58,859 bases of DNA from Clostridia bacterium (GCA_017434295.1 JAFRFO010000044.1:1-58859); one strand, 5' to 3'. Numbered from the stretch's first letter, positions 10,477-20,567 are shown. Notes: generated by a model from the sequence alone, not told the origin. Translations and numbers: made by a program.

Positions 10477-10989
10477 ATGTTAGTAAAAATGAAAGATAAT
10501 AAAGGAATTACATTAATTGCATTATCAATAACAATAGTAGTAATAATTATTATTGCAAGTATTTCTATTAATTATGGGAAAAAAAGTATAGAAGTATCAA
10601 AATTAGAAACTCTAAAAACAAATATGTTATTAATAAAAGCAAAAGCAAAAGAATATGTTGAACAAGCAGATTTTAAAGCTGGCGTTAATAATGAATATAA
10701 AGATGGTGATAATTTAAAAGCAGAAGTAGCAAGTGAATTAAAAGGAACACCAGATACAGAAAGTTACTCATTTGTCACATTAGAAGAAGGTCAATATTTA
10801 TATAATATTACTCCTGAATTAGAAAACATTGGTTTACAAAATATCAAAGTAGATGAAACAAAAAGTGAAAAATATTTAGTAGTATATGATTTAAAGAATA
10901 CAAAAGTAGAAGTTTATAATACAATTGGTTTTAACGATAATGGAACAACAAAGTATTCATTAAGTGATTTGGAAGAAATTGATTATTAA
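10477..10989 (+). CDS. Pilin-like or signal-anchored protein of unknown function
   Basis: N-terminus 'KGITLIALSITIVVIIIIAS' resembles a class III (prepilin) signal but lacks Glu+5. The same leader occurs on the 44977 ORF. Confidence 0.5.
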   Translation: MLVKMKDNKGITLIALSITIVVIIIIASISINYGKKSIEVSKLETLKTNMLLIKAKAKEYVEQADFKAGVNNEYKDGDNLKAEVASELKGTPDTESYSFVTLEEGQYLYNITPELENIGLQNIKVDETKSEKYLVVYDLKNTKVEVYNTIGFNDNGTTKYSLSDLEEIDY

Positions 10990-11057
10990 AAGTATAAATA
11001 AATTAATTTTAAAAATTAATTTTTTTATAATGATATGAATAGTATTAGGGATAAATT

Positions 11058-11693
11058 ATGAAAGAAAAAGAAATAGAAATAGAAAGATTAACCAAATTAA
11101 AACAAATTGAGCAAGATTTTCATAAACAAGGATATAAATACATTTGTGGCATAGATGAAGCAGGGCGTGGACCTTTAGCTGGACCTGTAGTTGTTGCAAG
11201 TGTAATTATGCCACCAGACTCTATGATTGAAGGAGTAAACGATTCTAAAAAAGTATCAGAAAAGAAAAGAGAAATACTTTATGATAAAATAATAGAAGAA
11301 GCAATTAGCTATAGTGTTGCAATAATTTCAGAAAAAGAAATAGATAAAATAAACATTTTAAATGCAACAAAAGAGGGATTAACACAGTCAATTGCAAATT
11401 TAAAAATAAGACCAGACTTAATTTTAGTAGATGCTCTTGATAAAATTGATACTTTAGGAATTCCATTTAAACCTATAATTAAAGGAGATGCACTAGTATA
11501 TTCTATTTCATGTGCATCAATTATTGCAAAAGTAACAAGGGATAGGATAATGCGCCAAATGGATGAAATATATCCAGAATATGGGTTTGCAGGTCATAAA
11601 GGATACGGAACTGCAAAACATATTCAAGCAATAAAAGAATATGGTTTATGTGATATACATAGGAAAAGTTTTACAAAACATTTTATTTTCTAA
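11058..11693 (+). CDS. rnhB: Ribonuclease HII
   Basis: 'GIDEAGRGPLAGPVVVAS', 'DSKK', 'ASIIAKVTRD'. Confidence 0.9.
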   Translation: MKEKEIEIERLTKLKQIEQDFHKQGYKYICGIDEAGRGPLAGPVVVASVIMPPDSMIEGVNDSKKVSEKKREILYDKIIEEAISYSVAIISEKEIDKINILNATKEGLTQSIANLKIRPDLILVDALDKIDTLGIPFKPIIKGDALVYSISCASIIAKVTRDRIMRQMDEIYPEYGFAGHKGYGTAKHIQAIKEYGLCDIHRKSFTKHFIF

Positions 11694-11765
11694 TTATTTT
11701 GTTGAAATATGTAGAAAATATGTTATAATAAAATTGTAATTAAAAACGAAAGGAAATGATTTATA

Positions 11766-11906
11766 ATGAAAAAAGAAAATCAAGTAAAAAAACACAAGAA
11801 TACAGATAAAGGAAGAATTTTTGTAAAAGTTATGGCAGGAATACTTGCTATTTTAATGATAGGTGGAACAGCTATTTCTTTAATATATGCGTTAATGGCA
11901 AACTAA
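11766..11906 (+). CDS. Small (46 aa) basic membrane protein
   Basis: RBS AAAGGAAA. 'MKKENQVKKHKNTDKGRIFVKVMAGILAILMIGGTAISLIYALMAN'. Not in the supplied ORF track (too short). Confidence 0.4.
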   Translation: MKKENQVKKHKNTDKGRIFVKVMAGILAILMIGGTAISLIYALMAN

Positions 11907-11974
11907 GCCGGTTATTTTTTAGGTTTATAGGTAAAACCAAATAAAAACCTAAATAGAAATATAAGGAATAAAAA

Positions 11975-12886
11975 ATGGATAATAATTTAGGAAATTTATT
12001 CGAAAAATTTTATAATGAAAATATAGTAGAATATTTTAAAACCCTACAAGAATCACCAATAAAAATGATAACATTTATTATAGATATAGCAATAGTTTTA
12101 TTTCTTTTGTATTATGCAATAAAAATTGCAAGAGGCTCAAGAGCATGGCAATTAATAAAAGGAATGGCGTTATTAATAATAGTTACATTTTTAAGTGGAT
12201 TATTTAATTTTAAAATACTTAATTCTATATTAACAGGAATAATGAATTGGGGAGTAATAGCAATAATAGTTATCTTCCAGCCAGAGCTAAGAAGAGGGTT
12301 AGAACAATTAGGAACAAACAAGTTAACAAAGTTTTTTGGTATAGATAAAGATGTTGCAACAAAAACAAAAGAAGATATATATAAAATAGTGATAGCAGCA
12401 TCTGAACTAGCTAAAAATAAAACAGGTGCATTAATAGTAATTGAAAGAGACATAGCAATAAAAGATATTATACAAAATGGAGTATTAATGGATGCAGATG
12501 TTTCACCTCAATTATTAGTTAATATATTTGAACCAAAAACGCCATTACATGATGGTGCTGTTATAATTAGCCAAAATAAAATTGCGGCAGCTGCATGTGT
12601 ATTACCTTTAGCAGATGATAAAGATATTGCAAAAGAATTGGGAACAAGACATAGAGCTGCAATAGGAATATCTAAAGAATCAGATAGTATTGTAGTAGTG
12701 GTATCAGAAGAAACTGGAAAAATATCTGTAGCTAAAGATGGAACATTAATAGCAGATGTAAGAGAAGATGTTTTAAAGAAAATATTAATAAGTAATGTTA
12801 TAACAAAAAGATTTGCTGTTGAAAAGAAAATCAGAAAAATTCATAAAAATAAAGTACAAGATGATAAAACAAATGAGAATATTTAG
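11975..12886 (+). CDS. cdaA: Diadenylate cyclase CdaA (DisA_N domain, three N-terminal TM segments)
   Basis: 'LHDGAVIISQNKIAAAACVLPL', 'GTRHRAAIGISKESDSIVVVVSEETGKISVA'. Confidence 0.9.
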   Translation: MDNNLGNLFEKFYNENIVEYFKTLQESPIKMITFIIDIAIVLFLLYYAIKIARGSRAWQLIKGMALLIIVTFLSGLFNFKILNSILTGIMNWGVIAIIVIFQPELRRGLEQLGTNKLTKFFGIDKDVATKTKEDIYKIVIAASELAKNKTGALIVIERDIAIKDIIQNGVLMDADVSPQLLVNIFEPKTPLHDGAVIISQNKIAAAACVLPLADDKDIAKELGTRHRAAIGISKESDSIVVVVSEETGKISVAKDGTLIADVREDVLKKILISNVITKRFAVEKKIRKIHKNKVQDDKTNENI

Positions 12887-12890
12887 AATA

Positions 12891-12919
12891 AAAAAGTGTA
12901 TAGTAATATACACTTTTTG
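12891..12919 (+). terminator. Rho-independent terminator after cdaA
   Basis: AAAAAGTGTATA-GTAA-TATACACTTTTT. Confidence 0.7.
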
Positions 12920-12946
12920 TTAAAATTAAAAGAATGGAGAACAAAT

Positions 12947-13684
12947 TTGAAAAATATAAAACTAGTAATAGAATATGATGGAAAAGACTGGGGTGGCTGG
13001 CAAAAACAGCCTAATAAACTAAATATTCAAGGAACTATAGAACAAGCAATAAAAAGAATTACAGGGGAAGATGTTGAGTTAAATGCATCTGGAAGAACAG
13101 ATGCAGGTGTACATAGTTTGGGACAAGTTGCAAATTTTAAAACAGAATCAGACCTTCCAATAGAAAAATGGCCCTTAGCCTTAAATGCTAATTTAAAGAA
13201 ATCAATAGTAATAAAATCAGCAGAAGAAGTTGATGAAAGATTTCATAGTAGATTAACATGTAAAAAGAAAACATATAGATATATAATAAATAACAATAAA
13301 TATGGAACAGCAATATATAGAAATTTAGAAACTCATATACCTCAAAAATTAGATGTTAAAAAAATGAAAAATGCAATAAAATATTTTGAAGGAGAACATG
13401 ATTTTTCAGGGTTTAAAGCAAGTGGAACAAGTGCCAAAAGTAGTGTAAGAACTATATATGAAGCACAAGTAATAGAAATGCCAGAAGAAAGAATATATAT
13501 TGAATTAACAGGAAATGGTTTTTTATATAATATGGTAAGAATTATTGCAGGAACACTTGTTGATGTAGGTTTAGGAAAAATAGAACCAGAGGAAATTCAA
13601 GAAATAATTGAAAGCAATAAAAGAGATAGAGCAGGAAAAACACTACCACCACAAGGATTGTATCTTCTTAAAGTTGAATATTAG
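12947..13684 (+). CDS. truA: tRNA pseudouridine(38-40) synthase TruA
   Basis: TTG 12947 after GGAGAA, downstream of the terminator. 'IKLVIEYDGKDWGGWQKQ', catalytic 'GRTDAGVHSLGQV'. Confidence 0.88.
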   Translation: MKNIKLVIEYDGKDWGGWQKQPNKLNIQGTIEQAIKRITGEDVELNASGRTDAGVHSLGQVANFKTESDLPIEKWPLALNANLKKSIVIKSAEEVDERFHSRLTCKKKTYRYIINNNKYGTAIYRNLETHIPQKLDVKKMKNAIKYFEGEHDFSGFKASGTSAKSSVRTIYEAQVIEMPEERIYIELTGNGFLYNMVRIIAGTLVDVGLGKIEPEEIQEIIESNKRDRAGKTLPPQGLYLLKVEY

Positions 13685-13705
13685 AAAAGCAAAGGAGAAC
13701 TAGAA

Positions 13706-16700
13706 TTGGCAGAAAAAGGCAAAAAAGTTGAAGAAGTATTTAGCGATTATAAAACAAATAGTAATATAAAATATGCGTATATTTCTAGTATAAAAGTTAA
13801 TAAAAAAACAAATGAACTAGTTATTGTGCTAGAAATAGATGAATATATAGAAATAAAAGAAATATGGTATTTTGAAAAGTTTTTAATGGAAAGATTTAAC
13901 TTTTCCAAAATAGATTTACAAATAAAGTATGAAGAAAATGTGGATATTAAATCTGTTAAAGATGAGTGGAAAAATATTATTTGCTATATGGCACATAAAT
14001 ATCCATTAGCAAAGCCAATGCTTCTTATGAATGCTGATGTTGAAATAAAAGAAAATATAATTCAAGTAAAAATGCACATAAAAGGTGCAGATTTTTTGCG
14101 TGCAAAAAAGTCAGATAAAGTTTTAAAAGATGTAATATTAAAACTAATGGGAAAAGAGTATCAAATAGAAATAAATGAAGAATTAGATGAAAAGGCTATA
14201 AAAAAAGTTGAAGAGGACAATAAAAAAGAACAAAGTAAAGTAATTAGTCAAGTAATGGAACATCTAGAAAGTGCAAAGAGAGAACAAGAGGCAAACAAGG
14301 TTGCCAACTTTGACCAAGGATATGCAAATAGTCCAGATCCAAACTATATGCCACCACAAGATAGTGATATGCCAGAAATGCCAGATAGTATGGAAAATGC
14401 CTTATTAGAAGAAGAATTGGCTATTGCAAATGATGGCAGTTCTCAAGAACAAACTTTAATTTTAGGAAAACAAACTAAAGCAAAAGAAAACAAAGTAAAA
14501 ATAAAAGAAATCTCTCCAAGTGATGCAAGAATTACGCTGGAGGGAAGAGTATCGAATGTTGAAAAGCGTTTAACGAAGTCAGAAAAAGTATTATTAATTT
14601 TTGAATTATTTGATGGAACGGGAACAATGACATGTAAATCATTTACAACTCAAGAAGAAGCGGATCAAATAATAAAAGAATTAGAAGAGGCAAATACAGT
14701 AAAATTAATTGGTAAAGCAAATTTGGATGCTTATGCAGGAGATGTTACAGTAATTGCAAATACAATATATAAAACCAATAATGATTCTATTCCTAAAAAG
14801 GAAGAAGTTGAAGAGGAAGAAACACCATTAATTTTAGGATTTAATCAAAACATACAAGAAAAAATTACAAAAATCTCTGAATTAGGTGCAGAAGATGGAA
14901 AAGTTGCACTATCAGGTGAAGTAATAAATATGGAGCCACGAGAATTAAAATCAGGCAAAACCTTGCTTAGTTTCGATTTATATGATGGCTCAAGTACAAT
15001 GACATGTAAAGCATTTTTAAATAAAGATCAATCTAAAAAAGTAATAGGAAGAATTAAAAAAGCAAAAGGAATAAAGATAGAGGGAAATGCAGGATTAGAC
15101 AATTTTAGTGGTGAACTATCTGTAATGGCAAATACAATAATAGAAACAGAAGGCTTGAAAAAAGAAATAAGAATGGACAATAGTCCTATTAAAAGAGTAG
15201 AGCTACACATGCATACTCAAATGAGCCAAATGGATGCAATGACATCAGCAACAGATTTAATAAAAAGAGCAATGAAATGGGGAATGAAGTCAATTGCAAT
15301 TACAGACCATGGGGTTGTACAAAGCTTTCCAGATGCACATAAACTACTTGGCGTAGATAATCCGGACATGAAGGTATTGTATGGAGTAGAAGCATATTTA
15401 GCACCAGATAATACAAAATCTGTATATAATTCAAAGTCACAAAGTATAGATACAACATATTGTGTGCTAGACTTAGAAACAACAGGTTTTTCAGCAAAAA
15501 CTGAAAAGATTACAGAAGTAGGAATAATGAAGGTACAAAATGGCGAAGTAATTGATGAATTTAGTTGTTTTGTAAATCCAGAAAAACATATACCAGAGCG
15601 AGTTACAGAAGTTACTCATATTTCAGACGAAATGGTAAAAGATGCTGAAACAATAGATAAAGTATTTCCAAAAATATTAGAATTCTTAGGAGATGTAGAA
15701 GATACAGTAATTGTAGCACATAATGCAAATTTTGACGTAGGCTTTTTAAAGCAAAATGCAATAAATTTAGGTTATGATTTTGAATATACATATTTAGATA
15801 CATTAAGCTTAGCAAAAGATTTATTCCCAGATTATAAAAAGTACAAATTAGGAAAGATTGCAGAAAATCTAGGAATTAAAGTAGAAGTAGCACACCGTGC
15901 TTTAGATGATGTAGACACAACAGTTAAAGTATTTAATGTAATGATAAAAATGCTTAAAGAAAGAGAAGCTAAAACGATAGATGATATAGATTTAGTTGCA
16001 GCAGATGATGAAGCAAAAAAAGAAGAGTACAAAAAATTAAAAACATATCATGCTATAATTCTAGCAAAAAATTATGTAGGATTAAGGAATTTATATAAAT
16101 TAGTATCACTTTCACATTTAAAATATTTTTATAGACATCCAATTATTTTAAAAAGTTTGTATAAAAAGTATTCTGAAGGACTAATTCTAGGAAGTGCTTG
16201 TGAAGCGGGAGAATTATATCAAGCAATAGAACTAGGTAAAACTGATGAAGAAATAGAAGAAATTGCAAATGATTATGATTACTTAGAAATTCAGCCTATA
16301 GGAAATAATAACTTCTTAATCAGAAATGGAACAGTTCAAGATGAAGAAGCTTTACGAGATATAAATAGGAAAATAGTTGAATTAGGAGAAAAGCTTGGTA
16401 AACCAGTTTGCGCTACATGTGATGTTCATTTTATGGATCCGCAAGATGAGATTTATAGAAGAATACTAGAAGCGGGACAAAAGTATGATGATGCAGATAA
16501 CCAAGCACCATTATATTTACGTACAACAGAAGAAATGCTAGAGGAATTTAAATATTTAGGCGAAGAAAAAGCGTATGAAGTAGTTGTAACAAATACAAAT
16601 AAAATAGCTGATATGTGCGAACAAATAAGCCCAATATCACCAGAAAAGTGTCCACCTCATATTCCAGGTTGTGAAGAAGATATAAAAAATATAGCATATA

Positions 16701-18541
16701 AAAAAGCTTATGAAATGTATGGAGATCCACTTCCAGAAATAGTTAAAACAAGGTTAGATAAAGAATTGGATTCAATTATAAGCAATGGATATTCAGTAAT
16801 GTATATTATTGCTCAAAAACTAGTGTGGAAATCAAATGAAGATGGTTATATAGTTGGTTCTAGAGGATCAGTTGGTTCATCTTTAGCAGCATTTATGACA
16901 GGAATAACAGAAGTAAACTCACTTAAACCACATTATTTATGCCCAAATTGTAAGTATTCAGATTTTTCAGATTATGGAGTTCAAAATGGATATGACTTGC
17001 CAGATAAAAATTGCCCAAAGTGTGGAACAAAATTAAAAAAAGATGGAATGGATATACCATTTGAAACTTTCTTGGGATTTAATGGAGATAAAGAGCCAGA
17101 TATAGACTTAAATTTCTCTGGAGAATATCAAGCAAAAGCACATAAATATACAGAAGTAATATTTGGAAAAGGCACAACCTTTAAAGCAGGAACAGTTGGT
17201 ACAGTTGCAGAAAAAACAGCATATGGTTATGTAAAAAATTATTTTGAAGAAAGAGGAATACCTGTAAACAAAGCAGAAATTACAAGATTATCTCAAGGAT
17301 GTACAGGAATAAAAAGAACAACAGGCCAACATCCAGGTGGGATTATAGTTGTACCAAAAGGTAGAGAAATATATGAATTTACACCAGTACAACATCCAGC
17401 AGACGACCCAAATTCAGACATAATAACAACACATTTTGATTATCACTCAATAGATGCAAACCTATTAAAACTAGATATACTAGGACACGACGATCCAACT
17501 GTTATTCGTATGCTACAAGACTTAACTGGAATAGCGCCAACCGAAATTCCATTAGACGACAAAGAAACAATGTCAATATTTAATTCAACCGAGGCACTAG
17601 GAGTAACACCAGAGCAAATACATTCACAAGTTGGAACATATGGAATACCAGAATATGGTACAAAGTTTGCAAGAGGGATGCTTTTAGACACAAAGCCAAC
17701 AACATTTGACGAACTTATACGTTTATCTGGTTTATCGCATGGAACTGACGTATGGCTTGGAAATGCTCAAACTTTAATAGAACAAGGAACTGTAACTTTG
17801 CAAGAAGCAATATGTTGTCGTGATGATATAATGATATATTTAATAAAAAAAGGATTGCCACCAGATAAAGCCTTCAAAATAATGGAAACAGTACGTAAAG
17901 GAAAAGCTTTAAAAGACCCAGAAAAATGGGCAGGATTTACAGAAATAATGAAAGAACATGATGTGCCAGACTGGTATATAAAATCTTGTGAAAAAATAAA
18001 GTACATGTTCCCAAAAGCTCATGCTGCAGCTTATGTTACAAATGCTTTTAGAATAGCTTGGTTTAAGGTTCACATTCCACTAGCATATTATGCTGCATAT
18101 TATTCAATTAGAGCAAAAGCCTTTGATGCAGAAGTAATGATAAATGGAAAAGAAAAAGTAAAAAACAAAATGAAAGAAATAGAACTAAAAAATTCTAAAA
18201 AAGAAGCAACAAAAGCAGAACAAGATATGTATGACGATTTAGAAATAGTACTAGAAATGTACGAAAGAGGTTTTGAATTTTTACCAGTTGATTTGTATGA
18301 ATCAGACGCAACAAAATTTAAAATAGAAAATGACAAATTAAGACCACCTTTAAACAGCATACCAGGTTTTGGAACAGTAGCAGCACAAGGAATAGTAAAT
18401 GCTAGAAAAGACGGAAAATTCATGTCAATAGATGATTTAAAAATAAGAGCAAAAATTGGTGCTTCTGGAGCAGACCTACTAAAGCAATTCGGTTGCTTAG
18501 ATGGCATGAGCCAAAGTAATCAACTTAGCTTATTTGGATAA
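13706..18541 (+). CDS. polC: DNA polymerase III PolC-type (1611 aa) with duplicated OB-fold domain
   Basis: PHP 'VELHMHTQMSQMD'. Exonuclease 'YCVLDLETTGFS', 'AHNANFDVGFL'. Zn finger 'CPNCKY..CPKCG'. Polymerase core 'LDILGHDDPT'. Confidence 0.95.
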   Translation: MAEKGKKVEEVFSDYKTNSNIKYAYISSIKVNKKTNELVIVLEIDEYIEIKEIWYFEKFLMERFNFSKIDLQIKYEENVDIKSVKDEWKNIICYMAHKYPLAKPMLLMNADVEIKENIIQVKMHIKGADFLRAKKSDKVLKDVILKLMGKEYQIEINEELDEKAIKKVEEDNKKEQSKVISQVMEHLESAKREQEANKVANFDQGYANSPDPNYMPPQDSDMPEMPDSMENALLEEELAIANDGSSQEQTLILGKQTKAKENKVKIKEISPSDARITLEGRVSNVEKRLTKSEKVLLIFELFDGTGTMTCKSFTTQEEADQIIKELEEANTVKLIGKANLDAYAGDVTVIANTIYKTNNDSIPKKEEVEEEETPLILGFNQNIQEKITKISELGAEDGKVALSGEVINMEPRELKSGKTLLSFDLYDGSSTMTCKAFLNKDQSKKVIGRIKKAKGIKIEGNAGLDNFSGELSVMANTIIETEGLKKEIRMDNSPIKRVELHMHTQMSQMDAMTSATDLIKRAMKWGMKSIAITDHGVVQSFPDAHKLLGVDNPDMKVLYGVEAYLAPDNTKSVYNSKSQSIDTTYCVLDLETTGFSAKTEKITEVGIMKVQNGEVIDEFSCFVNPEKHIPERVTEVTHISDEMVKDAETIDKVFPKILEFLGDVEDTVIVAHNANFDVGFLKQNAINLGYDFEYTYLDTLSLAKDLFPDYKKYKLGKIAENLGIKVEVAHRALDDVDTTVKVFNVMIKMLKEREAKTIDDIDLVAADDEAKKEEYKKLKTYHAIILAKNYVGLRNLYKLVSLSHLKYFYRHPIILKSLYKKYSEGLILGSACEAGELYQAIELGKTDEEIEEIANDYDYLEIQPIGNNNFLIRNGTVQDEEALRDINRKIVELGEKLGKPVCATCDVHFMDPQDEIYRRILEAGQKYDDADNQAPLYLRTTEEMLEEFKYLGEEKAYEVVVTNTNKIADMCEQISPISPEKCPPHIPGCEEDIKNIAYKKAYEMYGDPLPEIVKTRLDKELDSIISNGYSVMYIIAQKLVWKSNEDGYIVGSRGSVGSSLAAFMTGITEVNSLKPHYLCPNCKYSDFSDYGVQNGYDLPDKNCPKCGTKLKKDGMDIPFETFLGFNGDKEPDIDLNFSGEYQAKAHKYTEVIFGKGTTFKAGTVGTVAEKTAYGYVKNYFEERGIPVNKAEITRLSQGCTGIKRTTGQHPGGIIVVPKGREIYEFTPVQHPADDPNSDIITTHFDYHSIDANLLKLDILGHDDPTVIRMLQDLTGIAPTEIPLDDKETMSIFNSTEALGVTPEQIHSQVGTYGIPEYGTKFARGMLLDTKPTTFDELIRLSGLSHGTDVWLGNAQTLIEQGTVTLQEAICCRDDIMIYLIKKGLPPDKAFKIMETVRKGKALKDPEKWAGFTEIMKEHDVPDWYIKSCEKIKYMFPKAHAAAYVTNAFRIAWFKVHIPLAYYAAYYSIRAKAFDAEVMINGKEKVKNKMKEIELKNSKKEATKAEQDMYDDLEIVLEMYERGFEFLPVDLYESDATKFKIENDKLRPPLNSIPGFGTVAAQGIVNARKDGKFMSIDDLKIRAKIGASGADLLKQFGCLDGMSQSNQLSLFG

Positions 18542-18578
18542 AGCTTAATTGTTATTTGCTAGGAAGAAGGAATGTTTT

Positions 18579-18860
18579 ATGAAAGAGTTTTTAACAAGTC
18601 AATATTTTATATTATATTTAGTGATTATTAATCTAATAGGTTTTTTAGTAATGTTTGTAGATAAACGTAAAGCTAAAAAAGGTAGTTGGAGAATACCTGA
18701 AAATACTATATTTGTAATTACAGCTATTGGCGGGGGAATAGGTACAATTGCTGGAATGTATAAGTTTAGACATAAAACTAAAAAAGGGATTTTTAAGTAT
18801 GGATTACCATTTTTGCTTATTTGTGATATTGTAATAATTGTGTGTTTATTTATGTTTTAA
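18579..18860 (+). CDS. DUF1294-family small membrane protein
   Basis: 'DKRKAKKGSWRIPE...GGGIGTIAGMYKFRHKTKK'. RBS AGGAAGAAGGAA before ATG 18579. Confidence 0.7.
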   Translation: MKEFLTSQYFILYLVIINLIGFLVMFVDKRKAKKGSWRIPENTIFVITAIGGGIGTIAGMYKFRHKTKKGIFKYGLPFLLICDIVIIVCLFMF

Positions 18861-18985
18861 AAATAAGAATTAAAAGCTATATCCTAATTTATAGAAATAA
18901 ATTTTGGATATGGTTTTTTTATATTACTTTCAATAAAGAGTACACATAATAAATAGATAAATAATTAAACTAAAGTATTTACATT

Positions 18986-19093
18986 TTATCAACAAACAAA
19001 ATGTGCAAAGTGGAGAACTGATAACAAGCCTATATAAAGTTATTAACACACTTTTCCACAGTTTCCACAATTTTTATTAAAACAAATATCCCC
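18986..19093. promoter_or_regulatory. Cluster of DnaA-box-like 9-mers
   Basis: TTATCAACA (18986), TTATTAACA (19040), TTTTCCACA (19052), GTTTCCACA (19061), ATATCCCCA (19085). Each is 1-2 mismatches from TTATCCACA. Confidence 0.35.
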
Positions 19094-19264
19094 ATAAAAA
19101 GACAAATAAAAGGAAACATAATATTAAAAACTAAACATAATATGTAAGGACTTTAACAATCTATTGTAAAAAATAATATAATATATAAGAAAAGAAAATT
19201 GCCAAAGTATCAAAATAAAAATGGCAATTTTTTTCAAATACATTATTATTTAAAAGGTGATAAT

Positions 19265-19639
19265 ATGTTTAAAAAATGTTGTTTTAATAGGTGTTATAGA
19301 AGATGTTGTTACAACAAAAGGTATTGTTGCAATAGAGATATGGAAAACAGAGAAAAAAGTGAATATGATATTAGCATAGAAGAATTAAATAGTCTTATGA
19401 CACAAAATGCAACTTTAGTAGATATACGAAGTCCACAAGAATATAGAGAAGGGCATTTAAATAATGCAATTAATTTGCCTGAATATGAAATATATAGAAA
19501 TGCAAGTAGGTTCTTGCCAAATAAAAATAGCTTAATAATAGTTTATTGTGATACTGGTTCAAGAAGCTATAATGCATTTAAAAGATTAAGAAAAATGGGA
19601 TATACTAATGTATATAACTTATATAAAGGCATGCGGTAA
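19265..19639 (+). CDS. Single-domain rhodanese (sulfurtransferase) with Cys-rich N-terminal tail
   Basis: Start is ATG 19265 after AAAAGGTGA; a hairpin at 19199-19235 argues against the longer ORF. Active-site loop 'YCDTGSRS'. N-terminus 'MFKKCCFNRCYRRCCYNKRYCCNR'. Last sense codon is CGG. Confidence 0.75.
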   Translation: MFKKCCFNRCYRRCCYNKRYCCNRDMENREKSEYDISIEELNSLMTQNATLVDIRSPQEYREGHLNNAINLPEYEIYRNASRFLPNKNSLIIVYCDTGSRSYNAFKRLRKMGYTNVYNLYKGMR

Positions 19640-19711
19640 TTAATTATTTTAAAATATTTTTTTAAATGTTACTATATCCAAAACATTTTATATAATTACA
19701 AAATGAATATG

Positions 19712-20567
19712 TTACTTTTCTGTACTTGTTGCAAAATTCTTATATAGTGAACAAATATTGCAATCATTGCAAATAAACAGTCTTTTTTCAAAAATAAGAC
19801 TTAAGGTTTTAACAAACTCATCAATAGTGTTATCTATTAGATGAATGAATATTTTTTTTGGAAGTAGTTCTAAAAGATTGTTTAAAGTATAATCATTTGT
19901 GGAAAAAGAAATGTCAGATAAAAACTTAGCATTAAATATATCTTTAGAATTCTCAATAATGTTTTTATTTTCGTCTAAGAGAATAGTAAAATTGCTGGAA
20001 TAGATTATATGAACTATTCCAGTTTTACTCTTTTGAGAATTTATATATAATTTCAAAAGTGAAATAAACTCTTTATATTCTTTTTCTATAATAAAACTAT
20101 TAACAGCTTCATCAACAATATTGCCTAATATTTCGACATATTTTGTTAATCTAAAAATAATAAATCCATTTAAATATAGCTTTTTATTATTAGATAAATA
20201 TTTATTAAAAGTTTGATGCAAAGCTTTATATTTATTTTTTAAATAATAACCGAGATTCAACCATAATGTCAAAACAAGTATTTAAAATTACTTGTTGTTC
20301 ACTTTTATTAAAATAAAAATAATTCTTAAAAATAAGCTCTCTTAAAAAATCTTCTTCATGTTCATAGATAACAAAAAAAGAAAGAAGATCTGAGAGTTTA
20401 TTTATAAAGAATTTTTCATCATTTCCTTTATAATGGATAATAATATTAGTATAATGCTTAAAATCTTTACAAGAATAGAAACAATCATCTAATTTTAAAT
20501 TTTCTATTTCATTTGTTAAATATTCTATAGTTTGAGGATTATTTGTTTTTAATGCAATTGATTTCAT
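19712..20567 (-). CDS. ytxC: YtxC-like sporulation protein; needs a +1 frame change at CGG (20252-20250)
   Basis: 'LNGFIIFRLTKYVEILGNIVDEAVNSFIIEKEYKEFISLLKLYINSQ' matches the YtxC family. The N-terminal 111-aa ORF joins it if the C at 20252 (G on the given + strand; the gene is on the minus strand) is skipped. Confidence 0.6.

Noticed and set aside
18986-19093. Chromosomal replication origin (oriC)
   Set aside because: There is no dnaA, dnaN or obvious DUE context in the window, and the boxes are imperfect. It is reported only as a DnaA-box cluster.
19199-19264. Longer rhodanese ORF starting at 19199
   Set aside because: It begins inside the hairpin ATTGCCA..TGGCAAT plus T-run (a terminator-like structure). 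The RBS AAAAGGTGA serves ATG 19265.
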